From: a virus
Strand: one strand, 5' to 3'
IMG/VR virus record: IMGVR_UViG_3300043773_000921
Span: 24,549 to 88,548 of that record
Length of the DNA stretch: 64,000 nucleotides
Of the stretch, positions 18,458-26,891 are shown piece after piece. The position numbers were made by a program, and so were the translations under genes. The notes under the pieces were generated by a model, which worked only from the letters and a program-made list of their open reading frames with translations, was not told the origin of the DNA and searched no databases. Numbering within the stretch: the stretch's first letter is position 1; each line of letters begins with the position of its first letter.

Positions 18458-18859
18458 ATGAAAACACAGAAGTATCTCCCTGGCACACAGTTGTCGGGTA
18501 AAATTCTTGACACTAAAGTAGAAGATTTCTCAACTGAAAGAGGCCCGGGAGTAAAGTTTGTTATCCTCATCAAAGATGTCTGGAAAGACAAGGAAGGTAA
18601 CAAGCAGGAAAGTGAGCCATATTATGCTAACTGCATTGCCTATGGTGAAAAGCTTGTAAGACAAGTGAAAGACATCGTAATGCAAAAGCAGATGGCTGTT
18701 GTTCGCGTATTGCCAAAGCTTGAGAAGTGGACTGACAATAATACTAAGCTTGAAAAGTCTACTGTTCGCTACAAAGCAACATGGGTTGAAGGTTGGTATT
18801 TTGAATCAGGTTCTTGGATTTGCTCACAAGAAGAACCTGTTGGCGACCTACCGTTCTAA
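18458..18859 (+). CDS. ssb: Single-stranded DNA-binding protein
   Basis: WKDKEGNKQE, CIAYG, KWTD OB-fold motifs; C-terminal DLPF. Confidence 0.85.
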   Translation: MKTQKYLPGTQLSGKILDTKVEDFSTERGPGVKFVILIKDVWKDKEGNKQESEPYYANCIAYGEKLVRQVKDIVMQKQMAVVRVLPKLEKWTDNNTKLEKSTVRYKATWVEGWYFESGSWICSQEEPVGDLPF

Positions 18860-18874
18860 ATATTATTTCACTAT

Positions 18875-18909
18875 GCCTGCACAAGGAAACTGTGTGCAGG
18901 CTACTTTTT
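18875..18909 (+). terminator. Hairpin / terminator
   Basis: GCCTGCACA-N9-TGTGCAGGC followed by TACTTTTT. Confidence 0.65.
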
Positions 18910-18920
18910 AAACTATTTGT

Positions 18921-20960
18921 ATGGCTTCTAATATTAAAATTAAAAACGAAATGTTAAAAGTAACTCCAGATTTGCTTGACTTTTCTATACCTAACCCTAG
19001 GTTTGCTGGCATAGATTATGACGTAAACGATGCTACTCCATATGGTGATGCTATTGATAAAATGTATGGTTCGATGGTTGAGACCTATAAAAAGACAGGT
19101 TCTTTATTGCTGCAGCCAATCATATGCGAGCAAGTAAAAGGTAAGTATGTTGTTCGTGCCGGCTACACTAGAGCAATGACTTTTGTTACTCGTTATGAAG
19201 ATTTGTGTAAGGAGATTGGCGCTACTGCAGAAATACCAGTTTATATCATGGATGGCATTAACATTGTCGATTCATTGACTGAGAATGTATTGCGTAGTGA
19301 GCAACACTTTATTACATTGGCCCATGCAATCAGACAGGCTGTTGCTGTTAAAGGCGTGACACTACCAAAGATTGCTAGTCAGCTTGGCATTTCTGTAAAT
19401 AGAGCAACATCACTTCGCAAGATAGCTGCACTGAACAAAGAAGCTATCAAGCTTTGCTTTGAAGGTGTTATCGATGAGTCTGGTGCCACTGCATTGTGCG
19501 ATATGCCTGATGCTATACAGAAGATGATTATTGACGAGATTTATGATCGTGATTTGCACACAGAAGGAGAAGCACTTGATGACAGAGAAATAGTGAGATT
19601 GTCTAACTATTGCATGCCGGAAATATCTGAAAGTGTTCCAGAAGAAAGCTTTGTTGATTTGTATGGTAATGTGCATCCAAATATCAAAGAAGAAAAATGG
19701 TACATCAACGTAGGTAATATGTTTGATAGGCCTAGAACATCTGATAGCGATGCAACAAAAGCTAGAGCAAGAGCATACTGGGAAAAGTTTATCGAAGAAA
19801 ACAAACTCAAAGTTGTTGACAGATATGACATCATGGGCTATATATCATGCGATATGGGTACTCATCCTGAAGAAGTTGCCTGCTGGGATTATGATGGCAA
19901 CATCAGGTTCTTTGTTAAGCCATCTTTGATTGAAAGCGTTAAAGCAGAAGAAAGCTATGTTGAGAAAAAGCAAGATGCTGCTATTGAGCGTGTCAATCGT
20001 AAGATTACTAGCTTAAAAGAACAAGCAAGAAAAGATGTTGTATTCAGATTGATGAAACAATTAAATCAAGATGGAGCATCACTAGATTATGCTGTACTTG
20101 CTTTCTTTAAAGGTATGCATATCAACAATGCTTTAAGGACTTGTATCGAGCATTTACTTGGTGACAGCATTAGTAATGGCGCAGACCTTGTTGATAAAGC
20201 TGGTGCATCTTATGCAATGACTGTGTTTCTTCAGGCCAATCTGATGACTATGGCATCTTATACTCCTAATGTTCTTAGTATGTTCTTTAAAGACAATAAC
20301 ATTGATTTGGAGAAAGAATACGAGAATGAATACAGTTCTATAGAGCTTAAGCGTGCAGATATGACTGAGAAAGCAACAGAAAGATCTGAAGAGATTGATG
20401 ATGATGCTAAAGCAAGACGCAAGTTTGTTGTAGATATGTGCTACACTAATGTCTATGAAACAGGCAAGAGTGTCTACAATTCTATCGATGAAGCTGATGA
20501 AGCATTGCTTACTTACATCTGCAAGAACATTGGTATTCCATACAAGGGTAGTGAGTTTATCATGAGAATGCGTGTTAAGAATCTAGTAAATCAGATACTA
20601 AACACTATTGACGATGATGCTGATGCTGAAAGTATGCTTGCTGGACTTAAAATGCTAGATACTTGTAAGTCTAGATCTATTAGAATGTTTAACGACGCTA
20701 CAAAAGAAGAAACTCTTAACGGTACAGACTTAAACACTGAACTAAAAGAACTTGCTTCAATCCTGCATGAATATGACTTTGTCAGTGCAAATGCAATGTT
20801 GCAGACATTTGATATCAAAGGCATCATAAAGTCTAGTGATACAGAGCAGAGAAGAAAAGCAATGTTTGTTTCGTTCTTTACGAAAGTGAAAGAATGCTTT
20901 AACTTCAAAACAGCATTTGCTTACAAAAACGATAAGAATAAATACCAAGTTATTAGCTAA
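18921..20960 (+). CDS. parB: ParB/Spo0J-family protein with long C-terminal extension
   Basis: NPR; LLQPII...YVVRAGYTR; ENVLR; HTH TLPKIASQLGISVNRA; GVIDESGATALCDMP. Confidence 0.85.
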   Translation: MASNIKIKNEMLKVTPDLLDFSIPNPRFAGIDYDVNDATPYGDAIDKMYGSMVETYKKTGSLLLQPIICEQVKGKYVVRAGYTRAMTFVTRYEDLCKEIGATAEIPVYIMDGINIVDSLTENVLRSEQHFITLAHAIRQAVAVKGVTLPKIASQLGISVNRATSLRKIAALNKEAIKLCFEGVIDESGATALCDMPDAIQKMIIDEIYDRDLHTEGEALDDREIVRLSNYCMPEISESVPEESFVDLYGNVHPNIKEEKWYINVGNMFDRPRTSDSDATKARARAYWEKFIEENKLKVVDRYDIMGYISCDMGTHPEEVACWDYDGNIRFFVKPSLIESVKAEESYVEKKQDAAIERVNRKITSLKEQARKDVVFRLMKQLNQDGASLDYAVLAFFKGMHINNALRTCIEHLLGDSISNGADLVDKAGASYAMTVFLQANLMTMASYTPNVLSMFFKDNNIDLEKEYENEYSSIELKRADMTEKATERSEEIDDDAKARRKFVVDMCYTNVYETGKSVYNSIDEADEALLTYICKNIGIPYKGSEFIMRMRVKNLVNQILNTIDDDADAESMLAGLKMLDTCKSRSIRMFNDATKEETLNGTDLNTELKELASILHEYDFVSANAMLQTFDIKGIIKSSDTEQRRKAMFVSFFTKVKECFNFKTAFAYKNDKNKYQVIS

Positions 20961-21586
20961 TGGACGCATTTCCTTTTAACAAGTTTCAAAATAGAAATAT
21001 TGCTGTGGCTGTCGTTGTATACGGCGGCCCAGCTGTTTCTTTTGATGGCTTGTCAGTATTTCAGCAGAACTTGTTTCTCAATCAATTATTCGAAAAGAAT
21101 ATCAGGGATTTTGAGAACTACATTACGCAACATACAGATCCCCGGGATTGGTATCTTCATTATGTACATCACACATCAATAGCAACTCCTGTTTACATAG
21201 TTGTTGTTAGAGGTGGTAGTATTGTAATGAGCGCACCAGTTACCAACGTGCAGGACATGGCATCTAAGTTTGCCAGTGTTACTGATGGTGTAAATGTGTT
21301 TGCGTACAGCAAAGAAGATAGCAGAAACTTTAATCGGTATGTGCTTAACAAATGCTTTTCTGGAGAGATCATAAGCGACAATCATATCAGAACCAAACCA
21401 TACGTGGAGTTGGTTCATGATGAGGCTACATTTGATACACTTGATGAGCATATCTGTTATTTGAACATGAAAACTGGTGAATTTGTCAATTCTCCTCATT
21501 ATCTTTACATTAACGCTGTTGAAAGACTAAAAGAGTCAACAGAGGAAAAAGCATTATCATTTTGGAAGATTTCACAGGAGTTATGA
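20960..21586 (+). CDS. Hypothetical protein
   Basis: 208 aa, translationally coupled to parB and radC. Confidence 0.65.
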   Translation: MDAFPFNKFQNRNIAVAVVVYGGPAVSFDGLSVFQQNLFLNQLFEKNIRDFENYITQHTDPRDWYLHYVHHTSIATPVYIVVVRGGSIVMSAPVTNVQDMASKFASVTDGVNVFAYSKEDSRNFNRYVLNKCFSGEIISDNHIRTKPYVELVHDEATFDTLDEHICYLNMKTGEFVNSPHYLYINAVERLKESTEEKALSFWKISQEL

Positions 21587-22182
21587 TATTTAGAGAAAGC
21601 GAAGCAGACTACAAAAAGCCAAACAAAGAACTTATCCAAGAGCTTATCGGCGTCAAGGATACTGAAAAGCTATATGGCTATTTTCCTAATGAGTATGTTG
21701 CTTTGATTGCATCTGAAGAAGATTATATAAAGATTGGACTGAGTAAGACCGGTGCCAGAAAGCTACACATAGCAAAGAATATTGTGCCTGCTGATATAAA
21801 TAATGCTCAGATAACTAGAAGTCAAGATTGTTATCAATACTTTAAGTTTATGGGCCTATTGAATCATGAAGAGTTTTATTTCTTACCATTAACTAGAAAT
21901 AATGTTGCTCTTTGCAAACCAATACAACTTTCTAAAGGTGGTGTTTCTGCAACAATAGTTGACACAAAGATATTGTTCAAAAAGATATTAGAACACAATC
22001 GTGTGTCTAGTTTTATCATTGCGCACAATCATCCTAGTGGTAGTTTAAATCCATCGCAAGACGATATTACTCTTACAAGAAAGATAAAAGACGCTGCTTT
22101 ATTACTTGATTTAAAGTTACTAGAACATTTGATTATTACTATTGATGGGTATTATTCTTTTGTCGATAATAGTATTATATAA
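21583..22182 (+). CDS. radC: RadC-like JAB domain protein
   Basis: HEEFY; LSKGGVSATIVD; IIAHNHPSGSLNPSQDDITLT; LLEHLII. Confidence 0.92.
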   Translation: MIFRESEADYKKPNKELIQELIGVKDTEKLYGYFPNEYVALIASEEDYIKIGLSKTGARKLHIAKNIVPADINNAQITRSQDCYQYFKFMGLLNHEEFYFLPLTRNNVALCKPIQLSKGGVSATIVDTKILFKKILEHNRVSSFIIAHNHPSGSLNPSQDDITLTRKIKDAALLLDLKLLEHLIITIDGYYSFVDNSII

Positions 22183-22262
22183 TCACCTACAATGAATAAA
22201 ACAGCAAAAAGATTATTAATATTTGCTCTAATGATATTTTATATATTAGTCTTTTTGTATTG

Positions 22263-22270
22263 TATATTTG
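22263..22270 (+). promoter_or_regulatory. Putative Bacteroidetes -7 promoter element (TAnnTTTG)
   Basis: TATATTTG in an AT-rich intergenic gap 4 nt before ATG 22275. Confidence 0.45.
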
Positions 22271-22274
22271 TAGG

Positions 22275-22550
22275 ATGAACTTACGTCAATATAGAGATAA
22301 ATGTTATAAAATAGCTAAAGCCACAGGGGTTTATCTGAAAGTCAAAGGGCATGGCACAGGTAAACCCAAATGTGGCAGATTACTTAGAGCTTATGAAATA
22401 AATGACAACGAATGTCTGCTTGATATGTTTTTTGATAAAGGCTATGAAATGTATGATCTCAAAGATGTTATCTGTTGGGTAAAAAATGGTAAGGAATATC
22501 CCTGGCCAGTATTCAAGCCTGAATCAAAAGACTTGTTTTCAGATGTTTAA
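22275..22550 (+). CDS. Hypothetical protein
   Basis: ATG at 22275 preferred over TTG 22260. Confidence 0.6.
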   Translation: MNLRQYRDKCYKIAKATGVYLKVKGHGTGKPKCGRLLRAYEINDNECLLDMFFDKGYEMYDLKDVICWVKNGKEYPWPVFKPESKDLFSDV

Positions 22551-22561
22551 CACAATGTTTA

Positions 22562-23011
22562 ATGCGATATATTAACTTAAAAAAATACATTGAATCGGAG
22601 AAAACTGTCGATGACTTTATCGACTTTATGTACTATGTTAAGCTTGTTGGCTACGAAGCTGTAACAGATGAAGCCTGGGAGATAAGCTCATTTAATATTA
22701 TGCGGCACGATACTCCAGATTGTGTAATCAATGAAGTAGAGATGTGGTCACAGTCTTTTACATTTGACAAAGGTTACTTTGAAGTCATGACATACAAACC
22801 AAAAGACGGTCGTGATTATATGGCATGCTGGTATATGTTACGAGCAAACAACACAGTTTATGGATCTGCTGATTTTGTTGAGTTTCCCGGAGAACACAAA
22901 GAATGGTTTGTTAAAAACTTTTTACATTTTATAAAAGAATATTATGAGCAAAAGCCAGATGGAAAACCACAAGATGCTACAAACTTGGAAAGAAACATTA
23001 ACTTATCTTGA
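22562..23011 (+). CDS. Hypothetical protein
   Basis: 149 aa ORF in operon. Confidence 0.6.
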   Translation: MRYINLKKYIESEKTVDDFIDFMYYVKLVGYEAVTDEAWEISSFNIMRHDTPDCVINEVEMWSQSFTFDKGYFEVMTYKPKDGRDYMACWYMLRANNTVYGSADFVEFPGEHKEWFVKNFLHFIKEYYEQKPDGKPQDATNLERNINLS

Positions 23012-23177
23012 AGGTAAAATGCGCGGATTGCAAACTTTGATTGGTTTGATTAGCGATGATGCAGATAAAGTTATAGAACTTCACAAAGAAAAAGTAAGAA
23101 GAGATATTGATTTTGCTTACGATAAAGTAGAGCAATACACACAAGAGTTATTAAAAAATGAACGTAAGGAAGGGTAA
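22944..23177 (+). CDS. Hypothetical coiled-coil protein
   Basis: 77 aa ORF in operon. Confidence 0.5.
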   Translation: MSKSQMENHKMLQTWKETLTYLEGKMRGLQTLIGLISDDADKVIELHKEKVRRDIDFAYDKVEQYTQELLKNERKEG

Positions 23178-23697
23178 TGTCTATTGCGTAAAAGATTCAA
23201 CAAGCTCTAAACAAAAGCTTGTCATTGCCACTGGTAAGAATAAGAAAGTGAGTAAAAGCAATAAAAGCGAAACAACTACTCTCTTTGAAAGCTTTCTTAT
23301 ATCTTACACTTATACAGATACTTTTGATACTAATAAGATAATGATTTCTTCCGGCCAGGAACATCTGTTTTCTAAAGATGATATTTTATACGAGTGTGGC
23401 ACCAAAAAAGGCATAAGTAAGTTACTTGATAATCTTAACAAGGTATTGTCGGAAAACAACGAGCAATACTTTGAAATAGGTTCTGTGGTTTATTATGTTA
23501 CTGAAATGACAGAAATATTATTGTACGAGGTTAAGCGATACAAGTATGAAATATTGGAAGAGCAAACTGATGTTTACCTAGTAAACCCTTTGAACAATAG
23601 TGATTACATTATCCTATGTGAATCAACCTGGAGGAATCCAATGCGTCTTAACAAATCAATCAGCAATCTTAAAAAGTTATGGGAACATACAAAGTAA
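23158..23697 (+). CDS. Hypothetical protein
   Basis: 179 aa ORF in operon. Confidence 0.6.
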   Translation: MNVRKGNVYCVKDSTSSKQKLVIATGKNKKVSKSNKSETTTLFESFLISYTYTDTFDTNKIMISSGQEHLFSKDDILYECGTKKGISKLLDNLNKVLSENNEQYFEIGSVVYYVTEMTEILLYEVKRYKYEILEEQTDVYLVNPLNNSDYIILCESTWRNPMRLNKSISNLKKLWEHTK

Positions 23698-23891
23698 AAG
23701 TTAGGTACACTTTCAATGTAGAATACACATTTGTAGGTCCCGAGTCATTAGACGAAGCAAAAGAATGGGCAGAAAAACATGTCGCTATGTCTTCTTCGGG
23801 CCTAACAACATCATTGCCACATGATCAATGCGATTGGAAAAATAGTGTTTATGCAGAAAAAACTATTGTTAGAGTAATAAAAGAAAAGTAA
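23679..23891 (+). CDS. Hypothetical protein
   Basis: 70 aa; YKVKV...ESLDEAKEWAE pattern common in small phage proteins. Confidence 0.6.
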   Translation: MGTYKVKVRYTFNVEYTFVGPESLDEAKEWAEKHVAMSSSGLTTSLPHDQCDWKNSVYAEKTIVRVIKEK

Positions 23892-24160
23892 TGCTAAAAA
23901 TTAAAGCTGTAGAAATAAGCCTTTTAAAACCAGCTTATTTTGACGAGAGGTCTCTAATCAACAATATATCGGCGTTTCGACGTGATATGGAAGAGTCATC
24001 CGCTAACATTGGAGTGACTATTGAGGACATTTATCTTGACGAATCTACTGGAGATTTTGTGGTGAGATTTGAAATAACAGATAGTGAAGAGTTTGTTGGG
24101 CAATATAGATTAACAGCTTGGATGGGTAGGATTGCAAAGAAACACTTAAAGTATGAGTAA
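23891..24160 (+). CDS. Hypothetical protein
   Basis: TAATG-coupled ORF. Confidence 0.6.
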   Translation: MLKIKAVEISLLKPAYFDERSLINNISAFRRDMEESSANIGVTIEDIYLDESTGDFVVRFEITDSEEFVGQYRLTAWMGRIAKKHLKYE

Positions 24161-24563
24161 GTTAGTAGCAAAAAGAGTTAAAGTAAAAGTTGAGCTAACA
24201 AAAGAAGAATATCAAATAAGAAAAGAGCATTACTACATGCTACTTACATCATTAAACACTGTTAAATATTGTATTGCACAGATTGGTGTAGATACATTAA
24301 AACATGAGCATAAAATGATGTTCAAAAACATGCAGATGAATGCTACTTATTTCCTAGATAACATTTTTGCTAAAGCAACAAAACAACAAGACATTGATAT
24401 TTTGCAGGACATATCGTTTAATAACGTAGCCGCTGCAACAACGGTATTTGGTTTGATATCCAAGATGCCACAAGAACAAATAGATTGGTTCACAGAAGAA
24501 TGTGTTAAGCTGTCTTATGTAGCTTATAACAGACAAAATATGCAGAAAAATGAAAAGTTATAA
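24153..24563 (+). CDS. Hypothetical protein
   Basis: 136 aa ORF in operon. Confidence 0.6.
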   Translation: MSKLVAKRVKVKVELTKEEYQIRKEHYYMLLTSLNTVKYCIAQIGVDTLKHEHKMMFKNMQMNATYFLDNIFAKATKQQDIDILQDISFNNVAAATTVFGLISKMPQEQIDWFTEECVKLSYVAYNRQNMQKNEKL

Positions 24564-24825
24564 ATCGGAAGCAATATTCTACAAAGAAGATGTAAACGGA
24601 GTAGAAAGAAAGATTAGTTTTGATTATCAATATCATCCATTTTGTAAAGGTTATCGCGATAGTTTAGGCGTACCTGAAGAACCAGATGAAGAAGCATACT
24701 TTGAGATTCTTGACTTCTATGTAGATGGAGAGTACAAGACAGATCAAGAAGCAGAAAACATATTCGGAATGGACTGGGAGGCTATGGATGAATGGCTACA
24801 GGAAGCATTATTAGATGAACAATAA
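24550..24825 (+). CDS. Hypothetical acidic protein
   Basis: GYRDSLGVPEEPDEEAYFEI motif. Confidence 0.6.
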   Translation: MKSYKSEAIFYKEDVNGVERKISFDYQYHPFCKGYRDSLGVPEEPDEEAYFEILDFYVDGEYKTDQEAENIFGMDWEAMDEWLQEALLDEQ

Positions 24826-24836
24826 AACTATTAGTT

Positions 24837-25061
24837 ATGCCTAAACAAACAGCAGTAGAATGGCTAGCTGCCCATCTTAATGCAGACTCATTTATATCTA
24901 CATACGTTAATCCGGAGATGATAAATAGAGCTATTGAAATGGAAAAAGAGCAGATAGAAGACGCTTTTAATGCCGGTGTTAATAGCGAAGACTATTTTTA
25001 TCCACCTTTTGAACTTTCAGAAAGTGATTATTATTACAATCAAACGTATAAAAAGCCTTAA
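24837..25061 (+). CDS. Small phage protein of the 'KQTAVEWL...EMEKEQI' family
   Basis: Motif I recognise from environmental Bacteroidetes phages; function unknown. Confidence 0.65.
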   Translation: MPKQTAVEWLAAHLNADSFISTYVNPEMINRAIEMEKEQIEDAFNAGVNSEDYFYPPFELSESDYYYNQTYKKP

Positions 25062-25068
25062 CGATACT

Positions 25069-25140
25069 TGGTTTTGGTAGTTCCAGAAGGGCAGGCCGCT
25101 AAACAAAAACCACCTGACAGCTGGAAAGACAGCATTTTTT
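25069..25140 (+). ncRNA. Candidate structured RNA element
   Basis: TGGTTTT/AAAACCA stem, GCTG-GAAAGA-CAGC hairpin followed by T6, alternative TTCCAG/CTGGAA pairing; intergenic. Confidence 0.35.
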
Positions 25141-25160
25141 AACTTTAAGACAAACACACA

Positions 25161-25346
25161 ATGGAAGAACTAACAATTGAAATGGCAAACCAAATGCCTT
25201 ACATTGATTGGGTTAAACATTTTAGGCCCGAATGGACAGATGAGCAATGTGAGTTCTATATTTGGGAGTATACTTGTTTTCCATTTGTAATTAAAAAGGT
25301 AATTAAGCAACTTAATGAGCAACTTAATGAGCAACTTGAAGACTAA
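25161..25346 (+). CDS. Hypothetical protein
   Basis: 61 aa with IWEYTCFPF motif; A-rich leader. Confidence 0.6.
   Translation: MEELTIEMANQMPYIDWVKHFRPEWTDEQCEFYIWEYTCFPFVIKKVIKQLNEQLNEQLED
25307..25337 (+). repeat. 12-bp tandem repeat (GCAACTTAATGA) x2.6
   Basis: Read directly; lies across a gene overlap. Confidence 0.85.
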
Positions 25347-25605
25347 ATACAAAAACATTGTAGAAGCATATATGGATGCGTTCTGCGAAAAACAAGACAT
25401 GATTCTAGAGTCATGGGTAGCTAATGAAATCGGTACAATAGCATGCTTTGGCGATGTTATGTATTTTGGATTTGATGACATACGTTATGACGTAGATACT
25501 AAGCAACCGGCAGGAAGAATACTTGATTGGCTTTACAATACTATTGATCATCCCGAAACTCACATGAACTACAAAAATTGGTGTAAAAGCTTTAAATACA
25601 ATTAA
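25327..25605 (+). CDS. Hypothetical protein
   Basis: Start at 25315 or 25327 (duplicated by the repeat). Confidence 0.6.
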   Translation: MSNLKTKYKNIVEAYMDAFCEKQDMILESWVANEIGTIACFGDVMYFGFDDIRYDVDTKQPAGRILDWLYNTIDHPETHMNYKNWCKSFKYN

Positions 25606-25608
25606 AAT

Positions 25609-26025
25609 ATGATAGAAGTACGCAGAAAAACTTACACATTGCTACTTAGTTTTAATCCTTGTGAAATCTTTGACTACTATGGTGAAAGAGAGATGCACGG
25701 TTTGAAATATGACGAATGTGTAATGCACAAAAACAACAAACAGCAGGCATACATTGCAGGCTTTTCTAACTATGTTCCTGTACATTTAACAGAAGCAGAA
25801 AAAGATGATTTTGAGTACGAGCATGGTGATGATTTCTTTGTCTTTATTAATCTTAGCAGATGTAATAGTACAGTTGAAACTGTAAGACTTATCTTTCATG
25901 AACTAATGCACAGATCATTTGAACTACATGACTGGGATATTAATAAGGAAGAAGAGATTATTACTTGGGCAGACGAAGAAACAGAGGAAGTATTCAAGAT
26001 TGTAAAAGAAAACCTAAAGCTATGA
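25609..26025 (+). CDS. Zincin-like HExxH metallopeptidase-fold protein
   Basis: VFINL...LIFHELMH...EEE. Confidence 0.6.
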   Translation: MIEVRRKTYTLLLSFNPCEIFDYYGEREMHGLKYDECVMHKNNKQQAYIAGFSNYVPVHLTEAEKDDFEYEHGDDFFVFINLSRCNSTVETVRLIFHELMHRSFELHDWDINKEEEIITWADEETEEVFKIVKENLKL

Positions 26026-26885
26026 TTACAAAAGTAGTTAGAAAAGCATTAGATATAAAACCATCTGGAAGGAGTAGTGATTTCATTACTCCTTCTTTCA
26101 TTCATGGGTGTTTATATAAGTGCCATTATTGTTACATGCGCCGTAATAAACCAGAAGGATTGTCTGTGGCTACCAACGTAGATGAAATACTAGATGTAAT
26201 TAACAAGCATGCTTTATTTACTCCAGTTACAAAGCCTAACCAGACGCATCCAGTGTACATCACCTACGATATTTCTTGCAACGAAGACTTTGCCTTGCAC
26301 TTGAAGTATCACGAATGGCAGAAGATATTTGATTTCTTTGTAGAGCATCCTATTGCCATGGCTACATTTGCTACAAAGTATGTAAATCAAAAGCTGCTAG
26401 AATACAATCCAAATAGAAAGATACGGATTAGGTTTTCTCTAATGCCTCAATCACTATCCAACATATTAGAGCCAGACACATCAAGGATTATAGACCGCAT
26501 TAAGGCTATCAATGATTTTTATGCTGCAGGCTATGACGTTCACATTAACTTTAGCCCTATACTGGCATTGGCAGAATCAAAAGCTTTATACACAGAGCTG
26601 TTTGAACAAGTCAATGACATTGTAGATGATGAAATAAAAAAGCACGTTCTCGCAGAATGTATCATGCTAACTCATAACGAGAAAATGCATATACATAACT
26701 TAGGGAACGCGCCGGCTGACGTGGAAAATCTATTATGGAATCCAGAATGGCAAGAGAATAAAACTAGTTCTTTTGGGTCTGAGAATATCAGGTATCGTCA
26801 CGACTTGAAAGCAAAACTTGTCAATCGTTTTGTATCTTTACATGATAGCATCATCCCTTGGAACAAAATACGCTACATCTTTTAA
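26022..26885 (+). CDS. Spore-photoproduct-lyase-like radical SAM protein
   Basis: GCLYKCHYCY (CxxxCxxC); ISCNED; FATKYVN; RIRFSLMP; RIKAINDFYAAGYDVHINFSP; start ATG 26022. Confidence 0.85.
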   Translation: MITKVVRKALDIKPSGRSSDFITPSFIHGCLYKCHYCYMRRNKPEGLSVATNVDEILDVINKHALFTPVTKPNQTHPVYITYDISCNEDFALHLKYHEWQKIFDFFVEHPIAMATFATKYVNQKLLEYNPNRKIRIRFSLMPQSLSNILEPDTSRIIDRIKAINDFYAAGYDVHINFSPILALAESKALYTELFEQVNDIVDDEIKKHVLAECIMLTHNEKMHIHNLGNAPADVENLLWNPEWQENKTSSFGSENIRYRHDLKAKLVNRFVSLHDSIIPWNKIRYIF

Positions 26886-26891
26886 ACATCA

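Noticed and set aside
18921-22182. PRTRC (ParB/ThiF/ubiquitin-like) cassette
   Set aside because: The JAB protein is RadC-type (HNHPSG) and no ThiF/E1, E2 or ubiquitin-like gene is recognisable
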